Below are positions 15,578 through 30,500 of a stretch of DNA of 64,000 bases, one piece after another. Where the stretch lies: the IMG/VR virus record IMGVR_UViG_3300017917_002937, positions 21,172 through 85,171 of that record. One strand, written 5' to 3'. A program made the translations under genes and the position numbers. Origin of the DNA: a virus. How positions within the stretch are numbered: the stretch's first letter is position 1; each line of letters starts with the position of its first letter. Below the pieces are notes generated by a model that made no database searches, had not been told where the DNA came from, and saw only the letters and a list, made by a program, of their open reading frames with translations.

Positions 15578-18500
15578 ATGGCTACACGTATAAGAACTTT
15601 AAATTTTTTACCTGAAATATTTCAAACTCCTACTAATTCACAATTTTTATCTGCTACTCTAGATCAAATTGTTAATCCACCTAATACTAATCGCATTCAA
15701 GGTTATGTTGGTAGTAAGTTTGGTTATGGTATAAATGCCAAAGACTATTACGTAACAGAACCAAGTAAAGAAAGAGTAGATTACCAATTAGAACCAGGTG
15801 TCGTTTTTACAAAAGATAATGAATCTACTGCATATGATTTTATAAGTTATCCAGGTATTGTGAATGGATTACAAAATCAAGGTGGTATTGTTAATAACAA
15901 TGATAGATTATTTGAAAGTCAGTTTTATAGCTGGGATTCATTTTCTAATTTAGATAAACTAATTAACTTTAATTATTATTATTGGTTACCTGAAGGTCCA
16001 CCAGCCGTAACAGTTAGTACAGAAACAGTTTTTACTACATTTTCATATGTTGTAGTGGATACGCCTTCTGGGTATTTAATATCTGGTAGTCAACAAGCTA
16101 CAGGTAGTGTGAATCCAACTATTACATTATTACGCGGTGGAACATATACTTTTACAGTCAATCAAGCAACCGATTTTTGGATACAAGGGGAACCAGGAGT
16201 TACTGGGTACAGTCCTACACAACCAAATTTAAATACACGAGAAATATTGGGTGTTACTAATAATGGTATTGATCAAGGTATACTTACCTTTAGTGTACCA
16301 CTTGCTGATGCACAAAGTAACTTAAATTTTCCAGGTAATAATTTAGTAGATGTTGTTAGTACAATACCATTTTCTCAATTAAATGGGCAACCTGTTGTTG
16401 GATTCGCCGGTGTTGATGGTATAACGTCATTAAACGGCTTAACTGTTATGTTTTATAATACAGGTGTTGTTAATGAATTGGGTTATGTTCAACAATTTTT
16501 TAACCAAAATAATTATGATGTTAATGGTAACCTAATTACACCGCTTACTATAGATATAACAAATACTAATAGTGTTGGGAACGTTATAACATGTAATTCA
16601 ACTGCTAATCTTACAGTTGGACAAACAATAACTTTTACTGGTACTGAATTTGGAAACTTAACATCATACACTGGTTTAACAAGTAGTGCCATATCAGCAG
16701 GTAGTTTTAATATAGGTCAAAAATATATAATTCAAACTAGTGGTACTACAGATTGGATATCAATCGGGTTAACAGAGACAGCAAATGTAACTGCATCAAT
16801 TAGTGGTACAGTTCTGACAGTAAGTGCAGTAAATACAAATCCTTTTAGTATTGGACAAACAATTACAGGTACTGGTGTAGCATCAGGTACGGTTGTAACA
16901 GACTACAATGAAATTAATGGTACTTATACAGTAAGTATTAGCCAAACTGTAAGTAGCACTACTATACTAGGTTATACAATTTTAGGGGGTTTATTTACTG
17001 CAACTGGTATAGGTTCAGGAACAGGAACTGCTTTACTTTATGATCCTGAAATATTTTATGTTACAAGTATTTTAAATGGTACGACTTTTACTATCGCAGC
17101 AGAAGAACCATATATTGACTATGGTGGCACATTAGTAATAGGACAAAAATATGTAATAACAAGTTTAGGATCAACTAATTTTATATTGTCTGGTGCTGCA
17201 TCAAATACAGTAGGTACTGTATTTACAGCTACAAATGTTGGTTTGGGTACTGGATCTGCAAGACAAGTTATAACAGCGGGAGCGTTTAATCCAGGATCCA
17301 CCTATACAATTACAAGTATTGGTACCACAGATTTTACTTTAATAGGGGCAAGCTCTAACACAATTGGATTAAGTTTTACAGCAACTGGAGTTGGTGCAGG
17401 TAATGGTACTGCATATTTAGGAAGTAATATTACACTTACAACAGCTACAGGGACAATGACAGGATACATTAATCAAGGTTTGTTGGAAGAAGGATATTAT
17501 ACAACTGTTGATGATTTATTTTATACTATTACATATATAGGAGATCCTGCAACTCCAACAATAAGTTTAGTACCATATAATTCGATACCAACAAATCAAA
17601 AAATTACAGCAAATTTTGGTACAACTTATAATGGCAGAAACTTTTATAAGAATACTGCAGGAACAATTATACTAATTCCTTACTTAAGTGCACCATTAAC
17701 AACATTGTATTATCAAGATGGTACTTTTGCCAATAAGGTAGGTATCATTAAAATTATTGAAAGCAATACAAGTAATCGTTTAAACATTTTGACTGAAATA
17801 CTTGGAAAAGACCAATATACAAGTAGTACAGGTATAGTTTTTACAAATGGATTAAAAGTAGAATTTCAGGGAGATATTTTTCCTTCAAGTTATTTAGAAG
17901 GAAGTTACTATGTTGAAGGTGTTGGAACAAGCATACAACTTATCAATACGAATGATTTAGTTGTACCTGAAGCGTTTACAGAAAATTTATTGTTGCCATG
18001 GGACACAGTGGGTTGGGATTTTGGAAACTGGGACGGTACATCAAATATACCAATAAAACAAGATTATATAACAATAAGTAGAAATAGTTTAAGTTTAAAT
18101 CCTTGGTCTAGAAGTAATCGTTGGTTTCATATTGACGTTATTAATGCAACAGCAACTTATAATAATAATCCAAACATTGTAACAGAGTATGCTACTGAAT
18201 CTGCAAAAGCAAAAAGACCTATTATTGAATTTTATCCAAATTTAAAACTTTTTGATTTTGGCACTTTTGGTAAAGCACCTGTTGATTTTGTTGATGAAAG
18301 AACTACAGATGCTTTCAGTGAAGTAGCTGGGCAGCAAAATTATTATCCCGATGTTATTGCATATACAGATTATACAGGAAGTATCGCAACAACTAACTAT
18401 ACAGTATCAAGAACTATATCAGCAACAACTACCCTGACAAATCATGTAACGGTTAGTAGTACTAATGGCTTTAGAGTTAATGATTTAATTGTTATTACAT

Positions 18501-21500
18501 CATTGTCTACGTTTGGTGGTTTAAGTTATAACACTGATTATTATGTTCAATCAATTGTTAATTCAACAACTTTAAAATTAAGTACAACAGTAAATGGAGA
18601 TCCAATTAATTTGACTACAGGTTCAGGTACAATGAATTTTGATTGGACTCCTAGAAGCACTGAAATTACTATTGCAGCAGATGACGTTACAGGCTTATTA
18701 ACAGAAGGTAACTATATTACCGACTCTACTAATTTATTACCAAATAACTCTTATATTGTAGAAATTACAGGTACTACTACATTTACAATTACAGTAAGTT
18801 GGCCAGAAAGTTCTAATCCATTTTTTACATCAACGAGTGTAGCATCATTTATTACTACAGATACTACTGTTGATAATTATGCACTGTTTGATGGAGCAAG
18901 AATTGTTTTTGCAAATGACACAAACTTAAATGTTAGAAATAAAATATACATTTCTAAATTTCAAAGTATTACAGGAACAAGCACACCAGTTATAACATTA
19001 ATCGAAGCACTAGATGGTACAGTATATGAAAACGATCAAACTGTAAGTAAGAGGGGTTATAACAACACAGGTATAGATTTTTATTTTGATGGAAATAATT
19101 GGATAAAAGGTCAACAAAAAACAGATATAAATCAAGCTCCATTATTTGATATATTTGATAATAACGGAATAAGTTTTGGAAATAGGGACATATATGTTGG
19201 TTCAAATTTTAATGGCTGTAAACTATTCAGTTATAGTATAGGAAACGGTATCGATGATATAGTATTAGGATTTCCTATAAAGTATAGTAATATTGATAAT
19301 ATCGGTGATATTTCTTTTGATGTGAATTTAAACAGTGACACATTTGATTATGTTACAGGGTCAACACCTATTAATCAAAATGTAAGTAAAGGTTATGTTT
19401 ATAATTATTTGACTAGAGAATTATATGAAAGAATGTTGGGTTGGCAAACAGCAAAATATCCAAGTGTGCAATATCAGCTTTTCCAGTTTAACTACGTATT
19501 AGGGGATGATAATTCATTTTTATGTGATGTGGCTGCTAATATTGTTGATAGTTGGCCTAACATTAGAGTTTTTATTAATAATAATTTAGTAGCAACTGAT
19601 AACTTTACAACATTAATTGGTAGTAATTCAACTACTGTTACTATTGATTCTATTTTACTTTTAGAAAATACAGTTATTCAAATTTTAATACTTAGTGATC
19701 AAGTTAGTTTAACAGCTTATTATACCACTCCTATTAACTTAAATAATAATCCGTTTAATGTAAACATAACTTCTGTTAATGTTGGTGAAATAAGAGGGCA
19801 ATATCAAAGTATATTTTATAATAATACTAATTTAACAGGTCAAGTTTTTGGATCAAATAATTTTAGAGACTTGGGTAATTTAGTACCATATGGTGACAGA
19901 ATAATACAAAATAGTGCCAGTCTTGTATTACCTGGAGTCTTTTTAAGAAAACAAGATTGTAATTTGTTTGACGCACTTTTGTTTAATAGTAAACAATATA
20001 TTTTATATAAAACTTTACTTGTTTATACTGTTAATAATTCAAATTATGAACAAAGATATAATCCTAGTGAAATTTTAGATGACGCTCTTGATCAAATAAG
20101 TGCATCAAAAACTGACAGTATGCCATTCTTTTGGAGTGATATGCTACCAGGTAAAGCAGCTTATATTATTAACAATTACACCTTTGCTAATAGTTTAAGT
20201 GTTTCAGTTTATCCACTGTCTAAGATTTATGATTTTACCTCTGCAAATTATAATGGATTGTTGGTATACTTACAAAGAACTGCAAATAACATTGTAAATA
20301 CGACACAACTTATTATCAATCAAGATTATACAGTAAGTGCTACAGCACCATCACTCACTATCACACTTCAATTACAACCTGGCGATACTATAATTGTAAA
20401 AGAATATAATCAAACATATGGAAGTTATGTACCAAACACTCCAACTAAATTAGGTCTATATCCTTCATTCATTCCTGAAGTTGTACTGGATACAACATAT
20501 TCTACCCCAACATATTTTATAAAAGGACATGATGGTTCATATACTAAATTATATGGCGATTATGATAGTACCAATAATTTACTTATTGATTTTCGTGATC
20601 AAGCTTTACTAGAATTTGAACGAAGAATTTATAATAATTTAAAAATTAATGATATAATACCTATACAATCTTACGAAATAACACCTGGCTTTTTTAGAGA
20701 TACAGGTTATAGTTATAATGAATGGTTAGAAATTTATAGTGTAAACTTTTTAAATTGGATAGGTCAAAATCGTTTAGATTATGAATCACAAATTTATAAT
20801 AAAAATAATCAATTCACATTTAATTATGACAATAGCGGAATTAAATTAAACAATAAACCAATTGAACAGGGTTATTGGAGAGGAGTCTATACTTATTTCT
20901 ATGACACTAGTACTCCTAATCTAACTCCTTGGGAAATGATTGGGTACAAAAATCAGCCTAATTGGTGGACCGATCGTTATGGTCCTGCACCATACACAAG
21001 TAATAATTTAATACTTTGGGAAGATATGGCTAATGGTATCGATTATAACAATGGTAATCCAATTGTCATAAACGAACTTAAGAGACCTGAGTTATTACAA
21101 GTTTTGCCAGTTGATTCTTATGGTAATTTATTAAGCCCATTTGATAGTATTGTAGGTAATTTCAACGAAAGACTATTTAAAAATGATTGGAAAGTTGGCG
21201 ACGACGGTCCTGTTGAATTTAGCTATAGAAGAAGTAGTACCTATCCATTTGATTTGATGAAAATTTTAGCATTGACTAAACCTGCTAAGTTTTTTAACTT
21301 AGGAGTTGATGTTGACAACTATAAGTACAACTTAGAATTTAATCAATATTTGGTCAATGATAGAAGTCATTTAATTATATCAGACATTGAAATATATGGA
21401 AATGGTACTGCAAAAACAAGTTATATTAATTGGATAGTTGATTATCAAAAACAAGTTGGCATTCCAGCAACTACAAATATTACAAACATTCTTAAAAATC

Positions 21501-24500
21501 TTGATGTTAGACTTATATATAGACTAGCTGGTTTTAGTGATAAAACTTTCTTAAAGTTTTTTGTAGAAAAAGGTAGCCCTAATAGTACAAATGCTTCTTT
21601 ACTAATTCCAGATGAAAGTTACAGCTTATTATTATACGATAATGTTCCATTTGACAAAATAATTTATAGTGGTATTATTGTTCAAATAGACCAAAGAGGT
21701 TTCACTGTATTTGGTAACTCACAAACACAAGCTTATTTTAACATTTTAAAACCTAAAAATAATGGAGTCTATGATCAATTAACTGTAGAAGATATTACAG
21801 TAAGAGTTCCTAGAAACTTTTTTACAACAACTGATATTGTACCTTATGGTCAAACATTTTATAGTATTCAAGAATTGTGTATTTTTATAAAATCATATGG
21901 TGCATATTTAGAAAGTAAAGGAATGAAATTTGATACAATTGAAAATGGATTAGAAATTAATTGGAATCAAATGATATTAGAATTCTTGTATTTTGTACAG
22001 AATGGTTGGGAAGTTGGTACACTCATTACTTTAAACCCTGCTGCTGTAAATTTACAAATCAATAGAGAAAATGCTATTGTTCAACCTTTAACTTATTATG
22101 AATCTAATTTTGTAGTTAATGAAAATTTATACCCTATAGCTTTGAAAGATTTAGCAATAACTAGGGAGGAAACATTTTTTAGTGTTCAAGCGTTAAATCA
22201 AGGAGATAGTATTGGTTATGGGCAATTTAATTTAAATAGTATTGAACATGGGATTGTGTTTGATAACATAACATTATTTAATGATACAATTTATAATGTA
22301 CCAACTGGTTTACGTCAGATAAGAATTTTCTGTAGAGGAACTAAAACAGCAGAATGGAATGGAACATTAACTCCTTCAGGATTTATATTAAATCAAGATA
22401 ACATACAAGAATGGAATTCAACTGTAACTTATACCAAAGGACAAATTGTAAAATATAAAACAAAATACTATACAGCTATAAAAATTGTACAACCTAAAAT
22501 AGTTTTTGACGAAACTGATTGGAAACGTACAGATTATGATGAAATTCAAAAAGGTTTGTTACCAAATTCAAGCACAAGAAGTGCAGAAAGTTTATTGTAT
22601 TATGATATCAACAATGCAAATTTAGAAAATGAGGCTGATTTATTAGCATTCTCACTTGTTGGATATAGACCAAGAAATTATCTAGCACTTGCTGACTTAA
22701 CCGATATAACACAAATTAATGTCTACCTTAATTTAATTAAAAACAAAGGTACAAGAAATGCTACCTATGCATTTAAAGGAGCAAACTTACCACAAGGTGG
22801 AATCGATTATGAAATTTATGAAAATTGGGCAATTAAATCAGGTGAATATGGTGGTGTTTTAAACAATAACTTTATTCAATTAAGATTACAAGAAAATGAT
22901 TTAAAGGGTAATCCTAGCACGTTAGGATTAACAAATGGTAATGTTTTTGATGATGTAGAACAAACAATACCATTAAACAAAATTTATAACTATGCAAGAC
23001 CTATTACTGATCCAAATATTTTAGCAACTATTCCGGTTGATACTCCAAATAAAGTTTTTCCTGACGCAGGATATGTAAATTTTAATGATGTTAAAATGAG
23101 TGCATTTTATGCTTCATTATTAAATGGCGCAGTAGATAAAAATGGATTGGTGGTACCATTATCTAGGGTTTATGTTAATGATTATATATGGTTGGCAAAA
23201 TATTTAAGTACTTGGCAAGTATATACTCCAGTAAGTAATGGACGTGTAGTTTTTGCGACAAATAATTTAAACGGGTCAGTAACACTAACTTTTAGTGAAC
23301 CACATAATTTAAATTTAAATCAACTTATAGCAATAATAAATTTTGATCCAACTATAAATGGATATTTTATTGTCAAAGCAATTGTAAACATTTATAAAAT
23401 TATAATTAATTTAACATTATCCCCTCAGACTACCACAGTGTCAGGGCAAGGAATTGTATTTAAGTTTCAAACCCAGCGTGTTTCTAAGCCTAGCGACATT
23501 AATGATTTGCCTTTGTTAAATTATGAGTTTGTAAAAAATAGAGTTTGGGTAGATCAAGGATCAAGTGGTAATTGGGAAGTTTACCAAAAGAGTGTTAATT
23601 ACAGTTTTGATACAGAAATTACTAAAACAAATACTGATACCTTTGGATCAGCAGTAGCATACACTGACAAATTAGGGTATTTAATAGGAGATCAAGATGC
23701 AGGTAAAGTTTATCGTTACACATATAATGATTTAACTCAATCATATGATCTAAATCAAACATTGACACAAACTGCAAGTTTTGGTGCAAGTATTTCTTAT
23801 AGTGATAATATTTTTGTTATAAGTCAACCGACAGGTACCAGCAGAGTTTATGTTTACGAGTTACCTGATTCTATTTTAACTGATGATTTAACACTTTATC
23901 AAACTGCAATTTCAGCATTAGGAGGCTCAAGTAACTGGGGTAGTTCAACTGCTATATCAGGTGATAAAAATTGGATTTATATAAGTGCAGTTGATTTAGC
24001 TAGAGTTTATGTATATAGAAAATCACAAGTTACTGATGAGTATGAATATATTACATATTTTAATGTAGGGGGTCTTACCTCAAGTGATAATTTTGGATAT
24101 TCACTTAGTACTGATTATTATGGTGACACTGTAATTGTAGGCGCTCCAAATGTAGATTATTCAGGTACTATTACAGATTGGGGCAAAACATATGTATTTA
24201 CCCGAAGTCTTCAAAACATAGAATCACAATTTAATAGTGATTCAAGTATTTCCCAAACACTTCAACTTGCTTGGACACCAACTACAATTACTTCAGCATG
24301 TAGTGCAACTGCTGTAACAACAAATCGTATAACCTGTACAGATACAACAGGCTTTGTAGTTGATATGCCTGTAATATTTTCAGGAACCATATATTCAGGA
24401 AGTGAAATATTACCTAATACAATTTATTATATTCATAGTATTGTTTCAGGGACACAGTTTACAATTAAAACAACGAGAGCAGGTATAACTTCTTTTGCAT

Positions 24501-27500
24501 TAGGAACGTCGTCAGGAACAGGAATGACAGTAAATGTTCAAAGCGAACCACTTTATGTTAGTGTTAACGGAGAACTTGTTGAAGATTCAACTTATGGTGT
24601 AATTGGAAGTACATTAAATTATGTAGGTAATTTAACAGCAGGAGATATAATTACTGTAAGTGGTAGTAATTTTACATTAAATCAAACACTGACCTCAACA
24701 GACATTGATACAGTAGGAATTAGATTTGGTAATAGCGTCAGCACAACCACACATGCCACTGAAGTTATTGTTGGAAGTCCATTTATTATTAGTAACAACG
24801 TAGAAGGTGCTGTATATCGATTTACTAATGCAGGAGGTAGATTTGGAAGTGTAAGTAGCACAACAGAAGTCAATGTAACATCTGTAAGAAAATTATTAAT
24901 AAATGGTTATCTAGTTTTTATTCCTGTTGGGCTTGCTGAGGATGCGGCAGATGCAATTAATGCAAGTTTGATTACAAATGTTATTGCAAGTGCAGAAAAT
25001 AATTATTTGACAATTTCTATTGTTAATAGTGATCTTACTCAACCAAATGAAAAATTGATTTTAGCCAGTACAGATAGCTCAACATTTACTGAGTTGGGAA
25101 TAGATATTTATTCATTAACTCAAACTATAAATTGCCCACACCCACAAGGAAGATCACAGTTTGGCACAACCGTTAAATTTAATGAATTAGGAAGTTTTGT
25201 TGCTAGCGCCCCGGTTGGTACAAGATATACTTCAACAACTTTTGACTTTTCTGATGATGTTAATTTAGATAACGATACAGTATTTGATAATAATGCTACA
25301 CAATTTGTTGACAGTTTTCCTAATGCTGGTGCAGTTTATATGTTTGACTATATTCCAAATTATAATGAAACAATCAACAATGTTGGTCAATTTATTTACG
25401 CACAAAGTATAAACGATACAGATTTAACATATGGTAGTCAACCATATTATGGTACTGCGTTAGATTTTAATCAAAATCGTGTAATTGTTGGTACTCCTAA
25501 TTTTGAACCTAATATAACAAATGGAAAGGTAACAACATTTATTAATCAATTAGGTGTGCAAGATTGGTCAATATTAAGGCAAAGCCCTGCAATTGTTGAT
25601 ATTAATAAAGTTTACAATGTACAAATCTTCAGCGCACAAACAAATAATACGCTAATTAATTTAGATTATATTGACCCATTACAAGGTAAAATATTAGGGG
25701 CAGCAAGACAAAACATTGATGTAATTAGTAATGTTGATCCTGCCAATTATAATCGTGCAGATCAACAACGAGGTTTATTTTGGGGAAGTGATCATGAAGG
25801 TGATATTTGGTTAAACACAAGCAGTATGGCTTATGTAAATTATCATCAAAACGATGTAGTTTATGATTCAAAATATTGGGGTGAATTATTCCCTGGTAGC
25901 TTTGTTGGCGTATATAGTTGGATATCAAGTAATGTTCCTCCTATAGATTATCAAGGTCCAGGTGTTGTATATGATGTTGAAAAATTTTCAATTCAATATA
26001 TTTTGAATGCAAATAATCAAATACAGCCTATATATTTCTTTTGGGTACAAAACACTAATATTATTTTTTACAAACGTGGCAAAACTCTTGCAGATAGTAT
26101 TATTGCAAACTATATAAGAAATTCAAAAAATTCTGGTATAAGTTATTTTGCACCAATTAAGCAAAATGTTTATGCATTATATAATTCAGGTGAATATATA
26201 AATGCAAATGACAGTATTTTAAGTTTTTCTTATGCAACTGGCAATAATGACGAGGCTATTCATAACCAATATAACTTAATAAGATCAAACTTTGCTGATG
26301 ATTTTTTACCAGGGGTACCTAAATTTACAGGTGTTGTAAGCCCGAATCAGCAGGTTAATGGTACACAACTAAATAATAGTCCACAATACTTGTATGACAG
26401 ATACTTAGATAGTTTTTCAGGTGTTGATGAGGTAGGTGAAATTGTTCCTAATCCATATTTACCAAAAGCTGTACAGTTTGGAATACTAGCAAGACCTAGA
26501 CAAAGCTTTTTTATTGACAGATTATTAGCACTAAAAAATTATATTACATATGCAAATACAGTAATGTCACAATTTCCTATTGTTGAATTAAGGCCTAATT
26601 TAAGCTTTTTGTTCACAGAAGGGGCAATTAATCCAAGTGATAGTCCTAATTTATTTTTTAATACAACAGATTATTGGCAATACAAGAATTGGTGGGCTGT
26701 TGGATATAGTGACAGTACAAGATCAGCATTACAGGTACCATTGTTTGCAGACCTTTCCACACTTAATGTTAACGTAGGTACTATTGTTACAGTTAATACA
26801 AATAGCGAAGGTAGAAGTGAAACTTATATATTAAGTGATACTTTAATTTGGAACAGAATAGGATTACAAAATGGTACTATTGAAATAAAAGCAGAAATTT
26901 ATGATTACCAAGATGCAAGATTGGGTTGGGGAGATAATTTTTGGGACACTACTCCATATGATTATTATCCAAGTGAGGAAACACGTTATATTATAAGAGC
27001 ACTAAACGAACAAATTTATACAAATGAATTTTTAATTTTTAGAAATAAAAGTTTAATTTTAATGTTTGAATATATTCAAAGTGAATCATTAGAAAATCAA
27101 AATTATTTACCATGGTTAAATAAAACTTCATTAATTGATGTAAGTCATAAAATTAGAGAGTTAAGACCAATTGAAGTTTTTCAAAGTGACAATCAAGAAT
27201 TTTTATCTGCCTACTTAAATGAAGTAAAACCTTATCATGTAGTCATTAAGGACTTTTTATTTACCTATACAGGTAATGAAACATTTGAAGGAGATATTAC
27301 AGATTTTGATTTACCATCAAAATATAATAATACATTCAAACAGTTTATAACACCACAGATAGTATACCAAAGTCCTGATGCTAATAATGAGTATACACCA
27401 AATAATTCTATTTGGTTAGATCCAAGTTATAATCAATGGTATGAAAATTATGGTCTTTCAATCGTTGGTCAATTAAATTATGAAATTACTACACTACAAT

Positions 27501-30500
27501 CATATATTGGTTTATCAACAACATTTTTTGCTGTAGATAATGCATTTGGTTTCCCGATTAATGGATATATAAAAATTGGTAATGAAATTATAGGTTATAG
27601 TAATGTAGACAGAAACCTACAAGTCATCAGTGGTATAACAAGAGGTGTAAATGGTACACCAATTGAAACACATATACCTAATGAACTTATTTTTATTGAT
27701 TTACCTCCAGTTATAATTTTAAATGGAAGCAGAGGTTATACTGAACCACCAAAAGTAAGCGTTTACATTGATACAACGATTTATCCTGAGCCAAAAGAGG
27801 CTGCTGAATTAGAAGTAGTTATGGCATTAGATTCTGTAAGTTATATTAATGTAGTAAATCCTGGTATAGGATATGCTGTAACACCTGAAATTATTATCGA
27901 CCCTGCTATAACAATAACACTTACTGATCAAGAAGTTAATACAACAAATAATACAATCAGATCATTTAGCTCTTTCTTACAAACAGGGGACGAAATTCAA
28001 TACAAGGAGGTTGAAGGTAATCCAATACAAGGACTGCAAAATAACCAATGGTATTATGTTAATATTTTAGAAAATACTCCATTAATAATTTTAGCATTGT
28101 ATAGCAATTACGGGGATAGCTTAAAAGATGAAAATAGAATCAAATTTTATTCAAAAAGCATAGGTACATTCTCACTTAATTTAGGTGCTAAAGCATTTGC
28201 TGTTACAATATCAAGTCCAGTAAGAGAAAATAACATTACATTAAGATTTGATAGAACAACATATAATTCAGACTTAATAGATTGGAGAGCAGGTCAATAC
28301 TATGGATCGTATTATGCAGGATCATATAGTAATAGTGAAAGTGTATCTAGTTCAAGTATACAATTGGCTTCGACTAGCCCGCCTATTGAAAGTATTTTAG
28401 CAAGTGCTCAGGGAGTTGCTTTTGAAATTTTAAATGCAGAAAATATAAGAGTAATTGATTACACATCATTTATTCGTTATGTTTCTCAAACGCTAACGTC
28501 TAGTAATATAATTACACTTATTTTACAAGATGATGGGTCAGGTAATCCAAATGCATCGGGAGGTACATTAGGATTTTATATAGGAATGCCTATAAAATTT
28601 GTAGGAAATACAGGTACATCTAATATAGTTAATGAAACAACTTATTATATTGCTGAAATAGTTAGCCTAACAGAATTTAAAATAAGTGCTTCAGACTCAG
28701 GTTCACCTGTATTGGCTTTAGGAAACTTTACAGTTGGTCCAGCTGGTCTAAAATGTTATGTTGGGCAAATTATTGATACTGCAAAATTAACTGTTTATTA
28801 TCCAGGAATATTAACTGCAACAGCTACCTCAGAGGGTACAAATAAAATTACTGTCCCACTTAATTTAACAGGAACAGGTGGAACAAATAATTTTTATACA
28901 GGTATGACATTGTTTTTTACAGGAACAGTATTTGGTAATATTATTGAAAATGAAATTTATTATGTTACGACTGTTTGTGATAATCAAACATTCACAATAT
29001 CAAAAACAAATGATCCATTAAGATTAGATGTTTTAGAGACAATAGCAAGTACAGATTCAATAAGAGTAGATGGTACATACCAAACTTTGGCTGTCAATGA
29101 TCCTATCATATTTACTGACTTTTTGTTTACTGCTGGTGATTTTGTAATTGGACAAGAATATGTTATAGAATTTGTAGGTACAACTGATTTTACATTAATT
29201 GGTGCAACCTATAATACAGTTGGAACAAGATTTACTGCATCAGGCGTAGGTACAGGTACAGGTACAGCAAGTTCATTAGAGTTTGGTAATTTAGTTGCAG
29301 GAGATACTTATTATGTTATAAGTACGATTGGTAATGATGAATTTGTCGTTGCTACATCACTTAATGGATCAACTTTTACACTTATTGACAGTGTAGGTAC
29401 AGGATATGTAACAAGTCAAATTAATACAGTGGATTTAACAACAGATACAGGTTCTATGATTGTAAATGTTAATTTACCAGTAAGTCCAGGACAAGTAAAC
29501 GGTCAATTATTTACAATGTACCAAACAAGTGGACAATATACTGGTATTACTGGCTCTGAAACATCACTACTAGAAAGAGTAGTTAAAGCAACACTTGGTA
29601 ATAGAACAGGTAATCCTGGTGCAGAGGTAGACAGAGTATTGATAAGTCAAACTGGTGATGGTTTGGAAAACTTCTATATTAATATGCCTGTGCAATTTGA
29701 AGCAAGTATAGGTGGTTTGTCTGCAGGTGCACCGGGTTATTATGTAACAGATTATGGAACAACAAGTGTTACTGTTATAAGCACAAGTGCAAGTATTACA
29801 GCAGGAATAGTAACAGGTTCAATATCAAGCACAGTGCTTACTGTTACAGCAGTGACTTCAGGTGTTGTGGTGCCAGGAGCAATATTAAGTGGTACAGGAA
29901 TCACCACTGGGACTACTGTATTAGATTACATTGGTGGGTCAGGGGGAGTTGGTACTTATTTAATTACGCCATCACAGGCTGCAGGTAGTACAACTATAAA
30001 CGTTACTATAAGTGCATTAACATGTCAAAATTCTGATGATACGAATAAATTATATGTTGATATGCCAGTCTTATTCTCTGGTCAAAGTCTTGGTGGTATA
30101 GAAATAAACTTAGAATATTACGTAAGGTCAATTATTGACGATGTTAGATTCTCAATTTCTTCAAGTCCAGGAGACACAGCAACAACATTAACTAACGAAT
30201 CAGGTATAATGGTCGGTACGGGTGATCCATGGATACAAGTTAGTACGTCAATTGGTGGAGGTGTGGTTACACTTTCAGATGATACGAATTCGACTAATTT
30301 AACACAAACACCAACAAGTACACCTGTATTTGATGTAAGTTATATATTGGGTGGATATCGTGTTGTCTTAAATAATGCTGGAACTGGTTACGCAGTAGAT
30401 AATGTTATCACTATACCAGGTACACAATTAGGTGGCACAAGCCCAACGAATGATTTAGTGTTAACTGTAAACGCTATTGATGTTATTAGTTATGATCAAA